From Akkermansia muciniphila (GTDB lineage: Bacteria; Verrucomicrobiota; Verrucomicrobiia; Limisphaerales; UBA9464): a stretch of DNA of 64,000 nt. Under the pieces are notes generated by a model that saw nothing but the letters and a program-made list of their open reading frames with translations, did not search any database and had not been told where the DNA came from. Shown in pieces: positions 56,522 to 64,000 of this stretch (position 1 is its first letter; each line of letters starts with the position of its first letter). The stretch spans positions 5,441-69,440 of the forward strand of contig CAMAUY010000013.1 in assembly GCA_945861565.1 (NCBI GenBank). The letters run 5' to 3'. A program made the position numbers and the translations under genes.

Positions 56522-57637
56522 ATGCGTAAACCTTCAGTCATTTTGCTGACTTGGTGGAGTGCCGGACTTCTCCCGGTGCTGCGCTCACTGGGGGAGAAGG
56601 TTGACCATGTGACGGTGGTGTCCGGCGAGCGCGACACGATCGCCATGCGCTCTCGGCACGTCGATGACTCCATTGTGCTTCCTGCGGATGCGGGCGATCT
56701 GGCCGTGCTGGAGCAATTGGAACAGGTGGCCGCCGAGTACGGGGGTGCGCTGCTAATCCCGGTGGACGAGCGGGCGACCGCACTGGTAATCCGTCATCGC
56801 GAGCGCCTGGTTCGCTCGCTCCGGCTGACGCCTCTGCCGGATCCGAAGGTTTTCGCCCTCGCCACGAACAAGGCGCAGCTTGCCGCATTCATGGACCTGC
56901 GGGGAATTCCTCATCCTCGCACGCTTTCGGGCACGGGGAGGAATCTTTCCAATCTTGACTGGGTAGGGTGGAAATTCCCCGTGCTACTGAAACCGGATCG
57001 AGGCAGTGGTGGGCAAGGTATCCATCTCTGCGTCGACGCTACGGAGTTGAGTGATGCCCTGGATCGAGCGGCATCGTTCGAAGGGCAATTCCTCGTGCAG
57101 GAATTGATTCCTGGGTCCGATGTGGATTGCAGCTTCCTCGCGGTGGAGGGAAAGATCGTCGCGTGCACAACTCAAAGGGCCATTGCAAAGCCGCGAGGAT
57201 TTGGGCCAGCGACGGAAATTGTGATGGAGGAACACCCCGGGCTGGTGCGACTCACGGAACAACTCTGCTCCGCCTTGCGTTGGTCCGGTGTCGGGCATCT
57301 GGATACGATCCAGGATGAACGGGACGGGAGCTACCGAGTGTTGGAACTCAATGGCCGGTTCTGGACCACTCTACTTGCGTCCACTGCGGCGGCGGTCAAT
57401 TTTCCCGAATTGCTCCTCACTTTGGACGCCGGCCGAGAATTTGGACGCCCGTCTTTCCGTCCGCAGCGCTTCTTTGCGGGCGGTCTCGGGCTTAAGCGCT
57501 TCTTGGGGTTGGGGGGGACGCGCTACAGATTCCACGAAACGGACCTACCCTACGTGATCGCCGATAGTCGTCCCCTCATGGCTGCGTTGGCACAGAAGTA
57601 TCTGCCACGTTGCCTGTCCGCGAAATCACGTCAATAG
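56522..57637 (+). CDS. ATP-grasp domain protein (carboxylate-amine ligase-like)
   Basis: It has FPVLLKPDRGSGGQGI, FLVQELIPG and VLELNGRFW, which are typical ATP-grasp elements. Confidence 0.75.
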   Translation: MRKPSVILLTWWSAGLLPVLRSLGEKVDHVTVVSGERDTIAMRSRHVDDSIVLPADAGDLAVLEQLEQVAAEYGGALLIPVDERATALVIRHRERLVRSLRLTPLPDPKVFALATNKAQLAAFMDLRGIPHPRTLSGTGRNLSNLDWVGWKFPVLLKPDRGSGGQGIHLCVDATELSDALDRAASFEGQFLVQELIPGSDVDCSFLAVEGKIVACTTQRAIAKPRGFGPATEIVMEEHPGLVRLTEQLCSALRWSGVGHLDTIQDERDGSYRVLELNGRFWTTLLASTAAAVNFPELLLTLDAGREFGRPSFRPQRFFAGGLGLKRFLGLGGTRYRFHETDLPYVIADSRPLMAALAQKYLPRCLSAKSRQ

Positions 57638-57762
57638 CGAGCCCACGGCTCCAGGGCTGGCATCTCTCACGGGTTCACCGATACGGCGGCGTCTTTCGTC
57701 ACGGATCGCGACGGCGCTGCGGACGGCTCCGGTAACGACGACGAGGTGAGCGGACCCGGGCT

Positions 57763-59070
57763 CTAGGCTGAAACGGCTTCGTGTTGAATAACCAACTTCT
57801 CCGCGTTGACAAATAACGCGAAGATACCGGCCGCGACGAACGCCGCAGCGCACAGCCAAATGCCGGCGTGATAATTGTGATTCACGTCCCACGCTCTGAG
57901 CACGGCGGTGAAAAGGACGGGCTGGATTGCTGCACCGAAATTTCCCCACATGTTGCCCCAGCCGAAAAGTTGCGCCTGATGTCGCCCACTGATGTCTTGC
58001 ATCGTTGTCCACATCGCGGGCAAACCGATGTCGGCGAAGAAAGCCACGCCGCCGAAGGCCACGGCCATCCACCACGGCGAATCCGTCCACATCGCGAGCA
58101 CGTAACAGCCGGCAGCGGCGAATTTCGTCACGGACATTGGCAACATGCGGCCGAGGCGGTTGCCGTACCGGCGCGAAAGAAAGTCCGTCGCGATGCCACC
58201 GATCGGCAGCGCGGCGATGCCGATGGTTAATGCCAGCGTTGTAATCGTGCCGGCCATGCCCTCGTCGAGATGCATCACCTTTTTCAGATAATCCGGCAGC
58301 GACAGGATGAGAAACGCCCAGCCGATGTTGGTGAAGAACTGCACGCCGTTAGCCATCCACAGGTTCGTGCTGCGGCAGGCGGCGGTCCATGGAAAGCGGC
58401 GGGGCGGATTTTTCACCGGCAGAAAGTCGCCGCGCCCCTCGGCGAGCAGCGCGATCTCGTCGGCGTTGCAGCGTGGGTGGAGGCGGGGGTGCTCGCGGAA
58501 GACATGCCAGTAACTCACCCCCACGCCTACACCCACGAGTCCGTAAATCCAGCCGGCCCAACGCCAGTCGCCGGATTTCAATATTACGAACGCCGTCAAC
58601 CAAGGTGCCAGCGCGCCGCCGACGCGCCCGCCCCATGAGATGCTGCTGCTCGCCAGTCCGCGCGATCCGACGTGCGCCCAGCGCGTGAGCAAGCCACTGC
58701 TCGCAGGATAGTACCCGGCCTCCGCGAGTCCGCAGCCCAGGCGGGCGAGCATCAACGATGTGAAGCCCCACGCGAAACTCGTCGCCGCGGTAAAGAGAGA
58801 CCACGTGGCGATGTAAATGCAAATGAGCGGACGCACGCCAAAGCGGTCACTGAGTCGGCCGGCGGGAACCTGTGCCAGAGCGTAGGCCCAGAAGAATGCC
58901 CCCTTCAACCAGTCCGTTTGTGATGGACTCAGGGCGATGTTTTTCTGAAATGAATCGGAGGCGATGATCTGCGCGAGGCAGATGCGATCGAGATACATCA
59001 GGAATGCCACCACCGTTGCCAATCCGAGGATCGAAAAACGGACGCGAGTCGGCTGCGGAACGGTAGCCAT
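57763..59070 (-). CDS. MFS transporter
   Basis: It has 12-TM-like hydrophobicity and the MFS loop motif GRLSDRFGVRP. The ATG at 59070 is preferred over the TTG at 59091. Confidence 0.85.
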   Translation of the reverse strand: MATVPQPTRVRFSILGLATVVAFLMYLDRICLAQIIASDSFQKNIALSPSQTDWLKGAFFWAYALAQVPAGRLSDRFGVRPLICIYIATWSLFTAATSFAWGFTSLMLARLGCGLAEAGYYPASSGLLTRWAHVGSRGLASSSISWGGRVGGALAPWLTAFVILKSGDWRWAGWIYGLVGVGVGVSYWHVFREHPRLHPRCNADEIALLAEGRGDFLPVKNPPRRFPWTAACRSTNLWMANGVQFFTNIGWAFLILSLPDYLKKVMHLDEGMAGTITTLALTIGIAALPIGGIATDFLSRRYGNRLGRMLPMSVTKFAAAGCYVLAMWTDSPWWMAVAFGGVAFFADIGLPAMWTTMQDISGRHQAQLFGWGNMWGNFGAAIQPVLFTAVLRAWDVNHNYHAGIWLCAAAFVAAGIFALFVNAEKLVIQHEAVSA

Positions 59071-59135
59071 GATGCCGGGCAAAGTTAGCAAACGTGGCGT
59101 GGCGTGACCAGCAGACAGTTCTATCTAGTTTCGCC

Positions 59136-60326
59136 TTAATCCTGAATCCGCCGGAGGAGCAGCGCAGCGCCGGAGCAGGTCAAGATCGCGCCGAGGAAGA
59201 GAAAGCTAAGATCCCCGAGGATTGCGGAGAATCCGACCTGACCGAGATTGACGAGCCGGAATGCGTGGCAGAAGTGGGTCAGGGGAAAACTCTGCGAGAG
59301 GAGCTGGATGCCTGGGGGCAGTTGGTCGAGTTGCGCGAAAGCGCCGGACAATGGAAAGACCGGGAGCAAGTAGAAAACCGCGAACTGGATCGCCTGGGCC
59401 TGGGTCTGGCAGAAGGCCGAGATGAGCAACCCCGTGCCGAGGGAGCAGAGGAGGAAGAGCAAGCAGAGCACACTGAGGAGCAATGGATCGCGAAACTGCA
59501 CATCGAAATGAAAGTGGCCCGTCGCCATGGTCACGCTAATCAGGACGATCGAAATGGCGAGGTTGGGTAGGACTTTGCCGGCGACGATTTCATTGTGTCG
59601 AAGCGGCGTGACCAGAAGCTGCGAGAGCGTGCCGGACTCGCGTTCGCGGGCGATGGTGCAGGCCATCAGCGTGACCGTGAGCAATTGCAGAATCAGTCCG
59701 ACGATTCCCGGCATGACGAAATCCATGAACCGCAGCTTCGGATTGTAGAGCGTCACGCTCTCAACCGTCCACGGGGACATCGAGGATTTGAATTGTTTGC
59801 GAAACGTTTCGGGCAGTTTCTTGCTCATTTCGAAAACCTCCTCCGGCAACGTGTCCATCATGTTCTGGCGCGAATCGAGTTGGAACTTGCCCAGGGCCAA
59901 CTGCACCGCGCCTTCCAATTGCGGCGCGGTGTTCATGTCCGTTCCATCCAAGACGATGTGCAGAGGTTTTGGAGCACCGTTTTGCAGACTCTCCCCCCAC
60001 GCGGGCGGAATCGTCACCGCGGCCAACGCCTTGAGCTGCAGGAGGTCGACGTGACCGGTGGTGTCGCCTGCCCAATCGCGCCAGGAAAAGGTCTCGCTGG
60101 CCCGCAAGCGCTCAACGAGTTTCCGGCTCTCCGGGCTTTGGTCGGCGTCGTGCAAAAGCGTCGCCGCGTGCCTCAGCTTGGTCTGCTCGAACGCGTGGCC
60201 GAACAGCAGTGTGAACGCCGGCGGCAGGGTGACGATCAAGAGGAGAATGCGCCAGTCGCGCAGGATATGGAGGAATTCCTTCCGGGCGACGCTGGCGATC
60301 GAGCGCAGGCTGTTCGTGAGATTCAT
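59136..60326 (-). CDS. ABC-2 type transporter permease
   Basis: The start MNLTNSLRSIASVARKEFLHILRDWR is typical of the YbhS/YbhR-like family, and the C-terminal half has multiple TM helices. The ATG overlaps the upstream ATPase stop (ATGA). Confidence 0.85.
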   Translation of the reverse strand: MNLTNSLRSIASVARKEFLHILRDWRILLLIVTLPPAFTLLFGHAFEQTKLRHAATLLHDADQSPESRKLVERLRASETFSWRDWAGDTTGHVDLLQLKALAAVTIPPAWGESLQNGAPKPLHIVLDGTDMNTAPQLEGAVQLALGKFQLDSRQNMMDTLPEEVFEMSKKLPETFRKQFKSSMSPWTVESVTLYNPKLRFMDFVMPGIVGLILQLLTVTLMACTIARERESGTLSQLLVTPLRHNEIVAGKVLPNLAISIVLISVTMATGHFHFDVQFRDPLLLSVLCLLFLLCSLGTGLLISAFCQTQAQAIQFAVFYLLPVFPLSGAFAQLDQLPPGIQLLSQSFPLTHFCHAFRLVNLGQVGFSAILGDLSFLFLGAILTCSGAALLLRRIQD

Positions 60327-61279
60327 GAAGGGGCCTCCGCCGTGGTAAGGATTGGGGAATAGCCTTGAGAATAGGCTTTGAAAACGTCCTCCATATCCGG
60401 GGCGACCCATTCGTGGCCGCGCCATGTGAGTTCGGGAAAGGGCCAGTGCTGCAGCCATCCTGCGACCAGCGCGGCGGAGTCCTTCGAATAAATCCGCACC
60501 CGGCCACTGCGCAGCGCCACGCCCAGCACGCCCGGCACACTGCGCAGACGAATGAGCGCGTCCATCACCGGCTCGACCTGCATTTCGAGCAACTGGCCTT
60601 TGAACCGCTGCTTGAGTCGCAGTGGCGTCTCTTTGGCGAGCAAGCGCCCCTGATGCAGGAATCCCACTTCGGTGCATCGCTCGGCTTCGTCCATGTAGTG
60701 CGTCGTCACGAAAATCGTCGTGCCCTTGCTGCTCAGGTCATAGAGCAAATCCCAAATCTGCTGCCGGTGGACCGGGTCGAGGCCAGAGGTTGGCTCATCC
60801 AGGAAGACCACCGCCGGCTCATGAATGAGCGCGCAGGCGATGGCCAGCATCTGCCGCATTCCGCCCGAGAGACTGCCCGCCAGGGCCGTCCGCTTACCTT
60901 CCAAATCCAACTCCCGGAGGAGAGTCTCGATGCGCTTGTGGAGCGGCTTTCCGCTGACCTGATAAGCGCCCCCAAAGAAGTGCAGATTTTCCACAACGGT
61001 CAGATCCGGGTAGAGGCTGAACTTCTGTGCGACGTAGCCAAACTTCGATCGGATGTGGTAGCGCTCGCGCCAGATGTCGTGGCCGGCGATTTGGCCCGTC
61101 CCGGAAGTCGGTTTGGCGAGGCCGCAGAGCATCCGCATCGTCGTCGTCTTGCCGGCTCCATTGGCCCCGAGAAAGCCAAAAATTTCTCCCGCGGGAACGG
61201 ACATTGAGATTCCGGCGACGGCCACGGAATTGCCGAAAGACTTGGCCAGATGATCGAGAGCAATGGCGGGCTTGGACAT
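60323..61279 (-). CDS. ABC transporter ATP-binding protein
   Basis: It has Walker A GANGAGKTTT, the signature LSGGMRQ and Walker B VVFLDEPTSGLD. Confidence 0.92.
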   Translation of the reverse strand: MSKPAIALDHLAKSFGNSVAVAGISMSVPAGEIFGFLGANGAGKTTTMRMLCGLAKPTSGTGQIAGHDIWRERYHIRSKFGYVAQKFSLYPDLTVVENLHFFGGAYQVSGKPLHKRIETLLRELDLEGKRTALAGSLSGGMRQMLAIACALIHEPAVVFLDEPTSGLDPVHRQQIWDLLYDLSSKGTTIFVTTHYMDEAERCTEVGFLHQGRLLAKETPLRLKQRFKGQLLEMQVEPVMDALIRLRSVPGVLGVALRSGRVRIYSKDSAALVAGWLQHWPFPELTWRGHEWVAPDMEDVFKAYSQGYSPILTTAEAPS

Positions 61280-61410
61280 TAGGAGCAACGCGGTGGAGTG
61301 ATCATCAGAACTCGGCCCGAAGAGTGCAAGCACCCGGTTGCAGGCTCGCGGACTTATGTCCAAACCGGTCCTGTCCGCCTGCTCCGGACTCAGGTAGGCG
61401 TGTTGCCACG

Positions 61411-62856
61411 CTACGGATTGGGCGGCCTTTGTTTGGCGGGCGCCGCGAGATCGGCCGCGATGGCGGCGCGATAGTCGGCCAGCGCGCGGAAGTATTCAGC
61501 CAGCGTTTCCACGGCGAGCACCTCGGCATCGAAGGCGGTTTGTTCGCGCAATTGCAGGGCGAGCAGGTCGGTGGCGCCGCGGCGGAAGCGTTCCTCCTCG
61601 GCACCCTGGAGTTCGCGCGCGAGCTGGACGTTGAGGCGGGTCTGGAGCGTCTGCTCGTGCGCGGCGGTCAGTGCGGAGAAGGCGTCGCGCGTCTCATTGC
61701 GGATGCGGTCGCGGGCGAAGCGTTGTTCGTTCTCCAGTTGCGCGATCTGACCCTCGACCGCGGCGAGCCGGCCTTTCGCCTCGCGTCGCTGGAGCGGCAC
61801 GCGCAACTCGATGCCGGCCTGCACTTCGAACTCGGTTTTGTCTTTGTAAATCTCGCGCCCGAAATCCTGGCTGGCGGTCACGCCGGCATCGAGGTTCGGC
61901 AGCATCTGGTTGCGTGCGAGGCGGCGGTCCATTTCGAGCTTGTTCATCGCGAGCGCCAGGCGCGCGATCTCCGGGCGGCGTTCGCGCGCGCGGTCGATGT
62001 CGGCGGCGAGTTGCTCCACGGCGGGCGGAGCGATGACGGGGAACGCGGCCGGCAGGCGTTCGCGCCCGGCCACGAGCGGTTCATCCGCCGGGTCGCGCAG
62101 GAAGAGTGAGAGCGCCAGCGCGGCCGCCTCGAAGCGCCGGCGTGCCTGCATGACGCCGATCGCGCGCGCGACGACGAGCCGCTGATTGTCAGCCAGTACG
62201 ATGCGCGGCACGAGGCCGGAGTGAACCTGGTTGGTGAGCGCGCCGGCGCGGTCGTGGGCTACGCGCAGAATGTCCTCGGCCACGCGCAGGCGTTCGCCAG
62301 CAGCCTGCCAGTGGTAGTAGGCGACCGTGGCGGCGCGCAGGAAGTCGAGCTGCTGGCGCTGGATGAACGGATCGGCGAGTTCGCGGTCGACGCGCGCCTT
62401 GTAGAGCGCGGCGCGGCGGCGGTCGATGGCGCCGTCACGCAGCAAGGGCATCCGCAGGCCGATGCGCGGTTCGCCGGCTCCCTGCGTGCGGGTGGCATCG
62501 TAGTCCGGTAAAACGTCGCCGCGGGTGAGCCGGTAGCCACCGAAGACCGTGCTGCCCCGCAGGCCAGTGAACTGCTCGAAACCGGTGTCGAGAGTGCCGC
62601 TCTCGTAAAAGCCCGCTGGCGTGCCGAACACGCGCGCGAAGACGTTGAAATCGAACGTGCCCTGCGCGCCCTTGAGGCGGCCGGCCGCAATGTCGCGCTC
62701 GATCAACGCGGCGAGCAGCGGCGGATACTGGTTGTTCACTCCGGCGAGGACTTCGGTTAACGCGAGCGGCGAAACCACGGCGTGGTTGGTTTCGGCGCGC
62801 GCGGGCAGCGCGGCGGCGAACGCCCACCACAGTACGATCACGAGACGGTGGCTCAT
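61411..62856 (-). CDS. TolC-family outer membrane efflux protein
   Basis: The 481-aa ORF has a signal peptide and two repeats of an Ala/Arg/Leu-rich coiled-coil, typical of OEP/TolC proteins. Confidence 0.8.
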   Translation of the reverse strand: MSHRLVIVLWWAFAAALPARAETNHAVVSPLALTEVLAGVNNQYPPLLAALIERDIAAGRLKGAQGTFDFNVFARVFGTPAGFYESGTLDTGFEQFTGLRGSTVFGGYRLTRGDVLPDYDATRTQGAGEPRIGLRMPLLRDGAIDRRRAALYKARVDRELADPFIQRQQLDFLRAATVAYYHWQAAGERLRVAEDILRVAHDRAGALTNQVHSGLVPRIVLADNQRLVVARAIGVMQARRRFEAAALALSLFLRDPADEPLVAGRERLPAAFPVIAPPAVEQLAADIDRARERRPEIARLALAMNKLEMDRRLARNQMLPNLDAGVTASQDFGREIYKDKTEFEVQAGIELRVPLQRREAKGRLAAVEGQIAQLENEQRFARDRIRNETRDAFSALTAAHEQTLQTRLNVQLARELQGAEEERFRRGATDLLALQLREQTAFDAEVLAVETLAEYFRALADYRAAIAADLAAPAKQRPPNP

Positions 62857-62863
62857 GGGCGCG

Positions 62864-64000
62864 TCAGGGTTTGGCCGGGTTGATCTCGGCGGTGATGTCC
62901 TGGCCTAGTGCGGGCGGGAAGCCGTTCAGCTGACGCCAGACCTCGAACCACAGCGGCACGCGTTGCAGGAGGACCCAACCGTTGGCGCGCACGCCCTGGC
63001 GCAACCAGCGCGGGCCGGGCCACGGGATCGGTTCCGACGCCGCGCCGCCCCGCTCCACTCGGTCGGGGTGTTCCGCAACGAGCAATCGAAACTTGCCCCG
63101 GCCGTTGTCCGTGGCATCGATCAACACCACCTCGCCGCCGAACGTGCCGATGGCCGCGCTTGGCCAGCCGATGATCTGGATCGCCGGCCAGCCCTCGAAC
63201 TGGATGCGCACCAGACTGCCGTGCTTGAGGATCCTGCCGGTGGCGTCGGTCTCGCGCGATTGCACGAGCGGCAGGTCGTTGCCGTCGAGCCACAGCTCCA
63301 CCATGCGGTTTTCCGTCTCGGGAATGATCGTGCACAACGGCGAGCCGGCGCGCAGGAACGTGCCCTCGGTCGCCCCCATGCGGAACACGACGCCGTCGCG
63401 CGGCGCGGTCACCCGCTGCATCTGCGTCTGGTTGATCTGGATGTCGAGCAGCGTGAGCGACTGGTCGATCGCCGCGAGATCGCCGCGCGCGAGATCGCGC
63501 TGCGCTCCCGTGCTGCCGAGCGTTGCGCGCACGTCCACCGAGGCGCGCCGCAACTCCGTCTCGGCGCGCGCCAGTTCGGCAGTGGCACGATCGCGCTCAA
63601 GTGTGGCGAGCTCGAATTCGCGTTGCGACGCCAGCCCGCGCCGGTCCTCGAACAGCCCCTTGATGCGGTCAAACTGCAACTGTGCGGTTGTAGCGGCGTA
63701 GCGCGCGGCGTCGAGCCGGGCCTGCGCGGCCTCGACCGCCAGCGGCAGAGAACGTTCCAACTCGGCCACCTGACCCGTGAGCGACTCGATGCGCTGTTTC
63801 GCGGCGTCGCGCCGGGCGAGCGCGGCCTCGCGCTGCACACGCAGGTTGGCGAGCAGGTTGGGATCGTTGTCCATCAGTTCGAAGAGCACGTCACCCCGCT
63901 TGACCGGTTTGCCCTCGACGACGAAGGCGCGGTGGACGCGGCCCGCCAGTGGCGCTTCGACGGTCACGGCGCGTTCCAGCGGATTGTAGGCGATGACGCG
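62864..64000 (-). CDS. HlyD-family membrane fusion (periplasmic adaptor) protein, 5' end outside the window
   Basis: It has a biotinyl-lipoyl-like segment (APLAGRVHRAFVVEGKPVKRGDVLFEL), a long coiled-coil and a beta-barrel C-terminus. The reading frame stays open to the window edge. Confidence 0.8.
   Translation of the reverse strand, partial: RVIAYNPLERAVTVEAPLAGRVHRAFVVEGKPVKRGDVLFELMDNDPNLLANLRVQREAALARRDAAKQRIESLTGQVAELERSLPLAVEAAQARLDAARYAATTAQLQFDRIKGLFEDRRGLASQREFELATLERDRATAELARAETELRRASVDVRATLGSTGAQRDLARGDLAAIDQSLTLLDIQINQTQMQRVTAPRDGVVFRMGATEGTFLRAGSPLCTIIPETENRMVELWLDGNDLPLVQSRETDATGRILKHGSLVRIQFEGWPAIQIIGWPSAAIGTFGGEVVLIDATDNGRGKFRLLVAEHPDRVERGGAASEPIPWPGPRWLRQGVRANGWVLLQRVPLWFEVWRQLNGFPPALGQDITAEINPAKP

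Overview
This 64-kb chromosomal window most likely comes from a PVC-superphylum bacterium (Verrucomicrobiota or Planctomycetota-like). That placement is inferred from gene content only: a PSD1/DUF1549/DUF1553 plus DUF1501 pair, two H-X9-DG pseudopilin-like genes, a DUF1080 gene, planctomycete-type cytochrome c domains and a TIGR04073-like lipoprotein. Most of the window is housekeeping: lepA-lepB, uvrB, uvrC, dnaA with a candidate oriC, rnc, aroC, gatB, Fe/Mn SOD, ispE, metK-ahcY, and a Rieske plus cytochrome b/c respiratory module. It also holds a polysaccharide export module (beta-barrel, Wzc-like tyrosine kinase, Wza-like exporter, small FHA protein), a HicB-HicA toxin-antitoxin pair, and a more GC-rich HlyD/TolC/ABC/MFS efflux block at the right edge. 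I recognised no rRNA, tRNA, CRISPR array, transposase, integrase or phage gene. The features least explained by ordinary annotation are listed here. (1) A two-copy, roughly 420-bp, hairpin-dense tandem repeat sits at 25.5-26.3 kb. (2) A palindromic array of 10-bp CGGAT-type subrepeats sits at 27.8 kb, with a related copy at 37.6 kb whose differences are all synonymous in one frame. (3) A LysM-like segment is inserted in the dihaem cytochrome c part of a cytochrome b fusion. (4) A small protein with a trypco2-like N-terminus lies next to an orphan ATP-grasp enzyme. (5) A PA14-multihaem cytochrome operon converges on the bc module. (6) A 390-bp structured gap with no convincing ORF lies between two convergent genes. 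I cannot show that any of these is a new system; each is given with a concrete test. Many listed ORFs are antisense shadows of real genes, as expected in GC-rich DNA, and were rejected.
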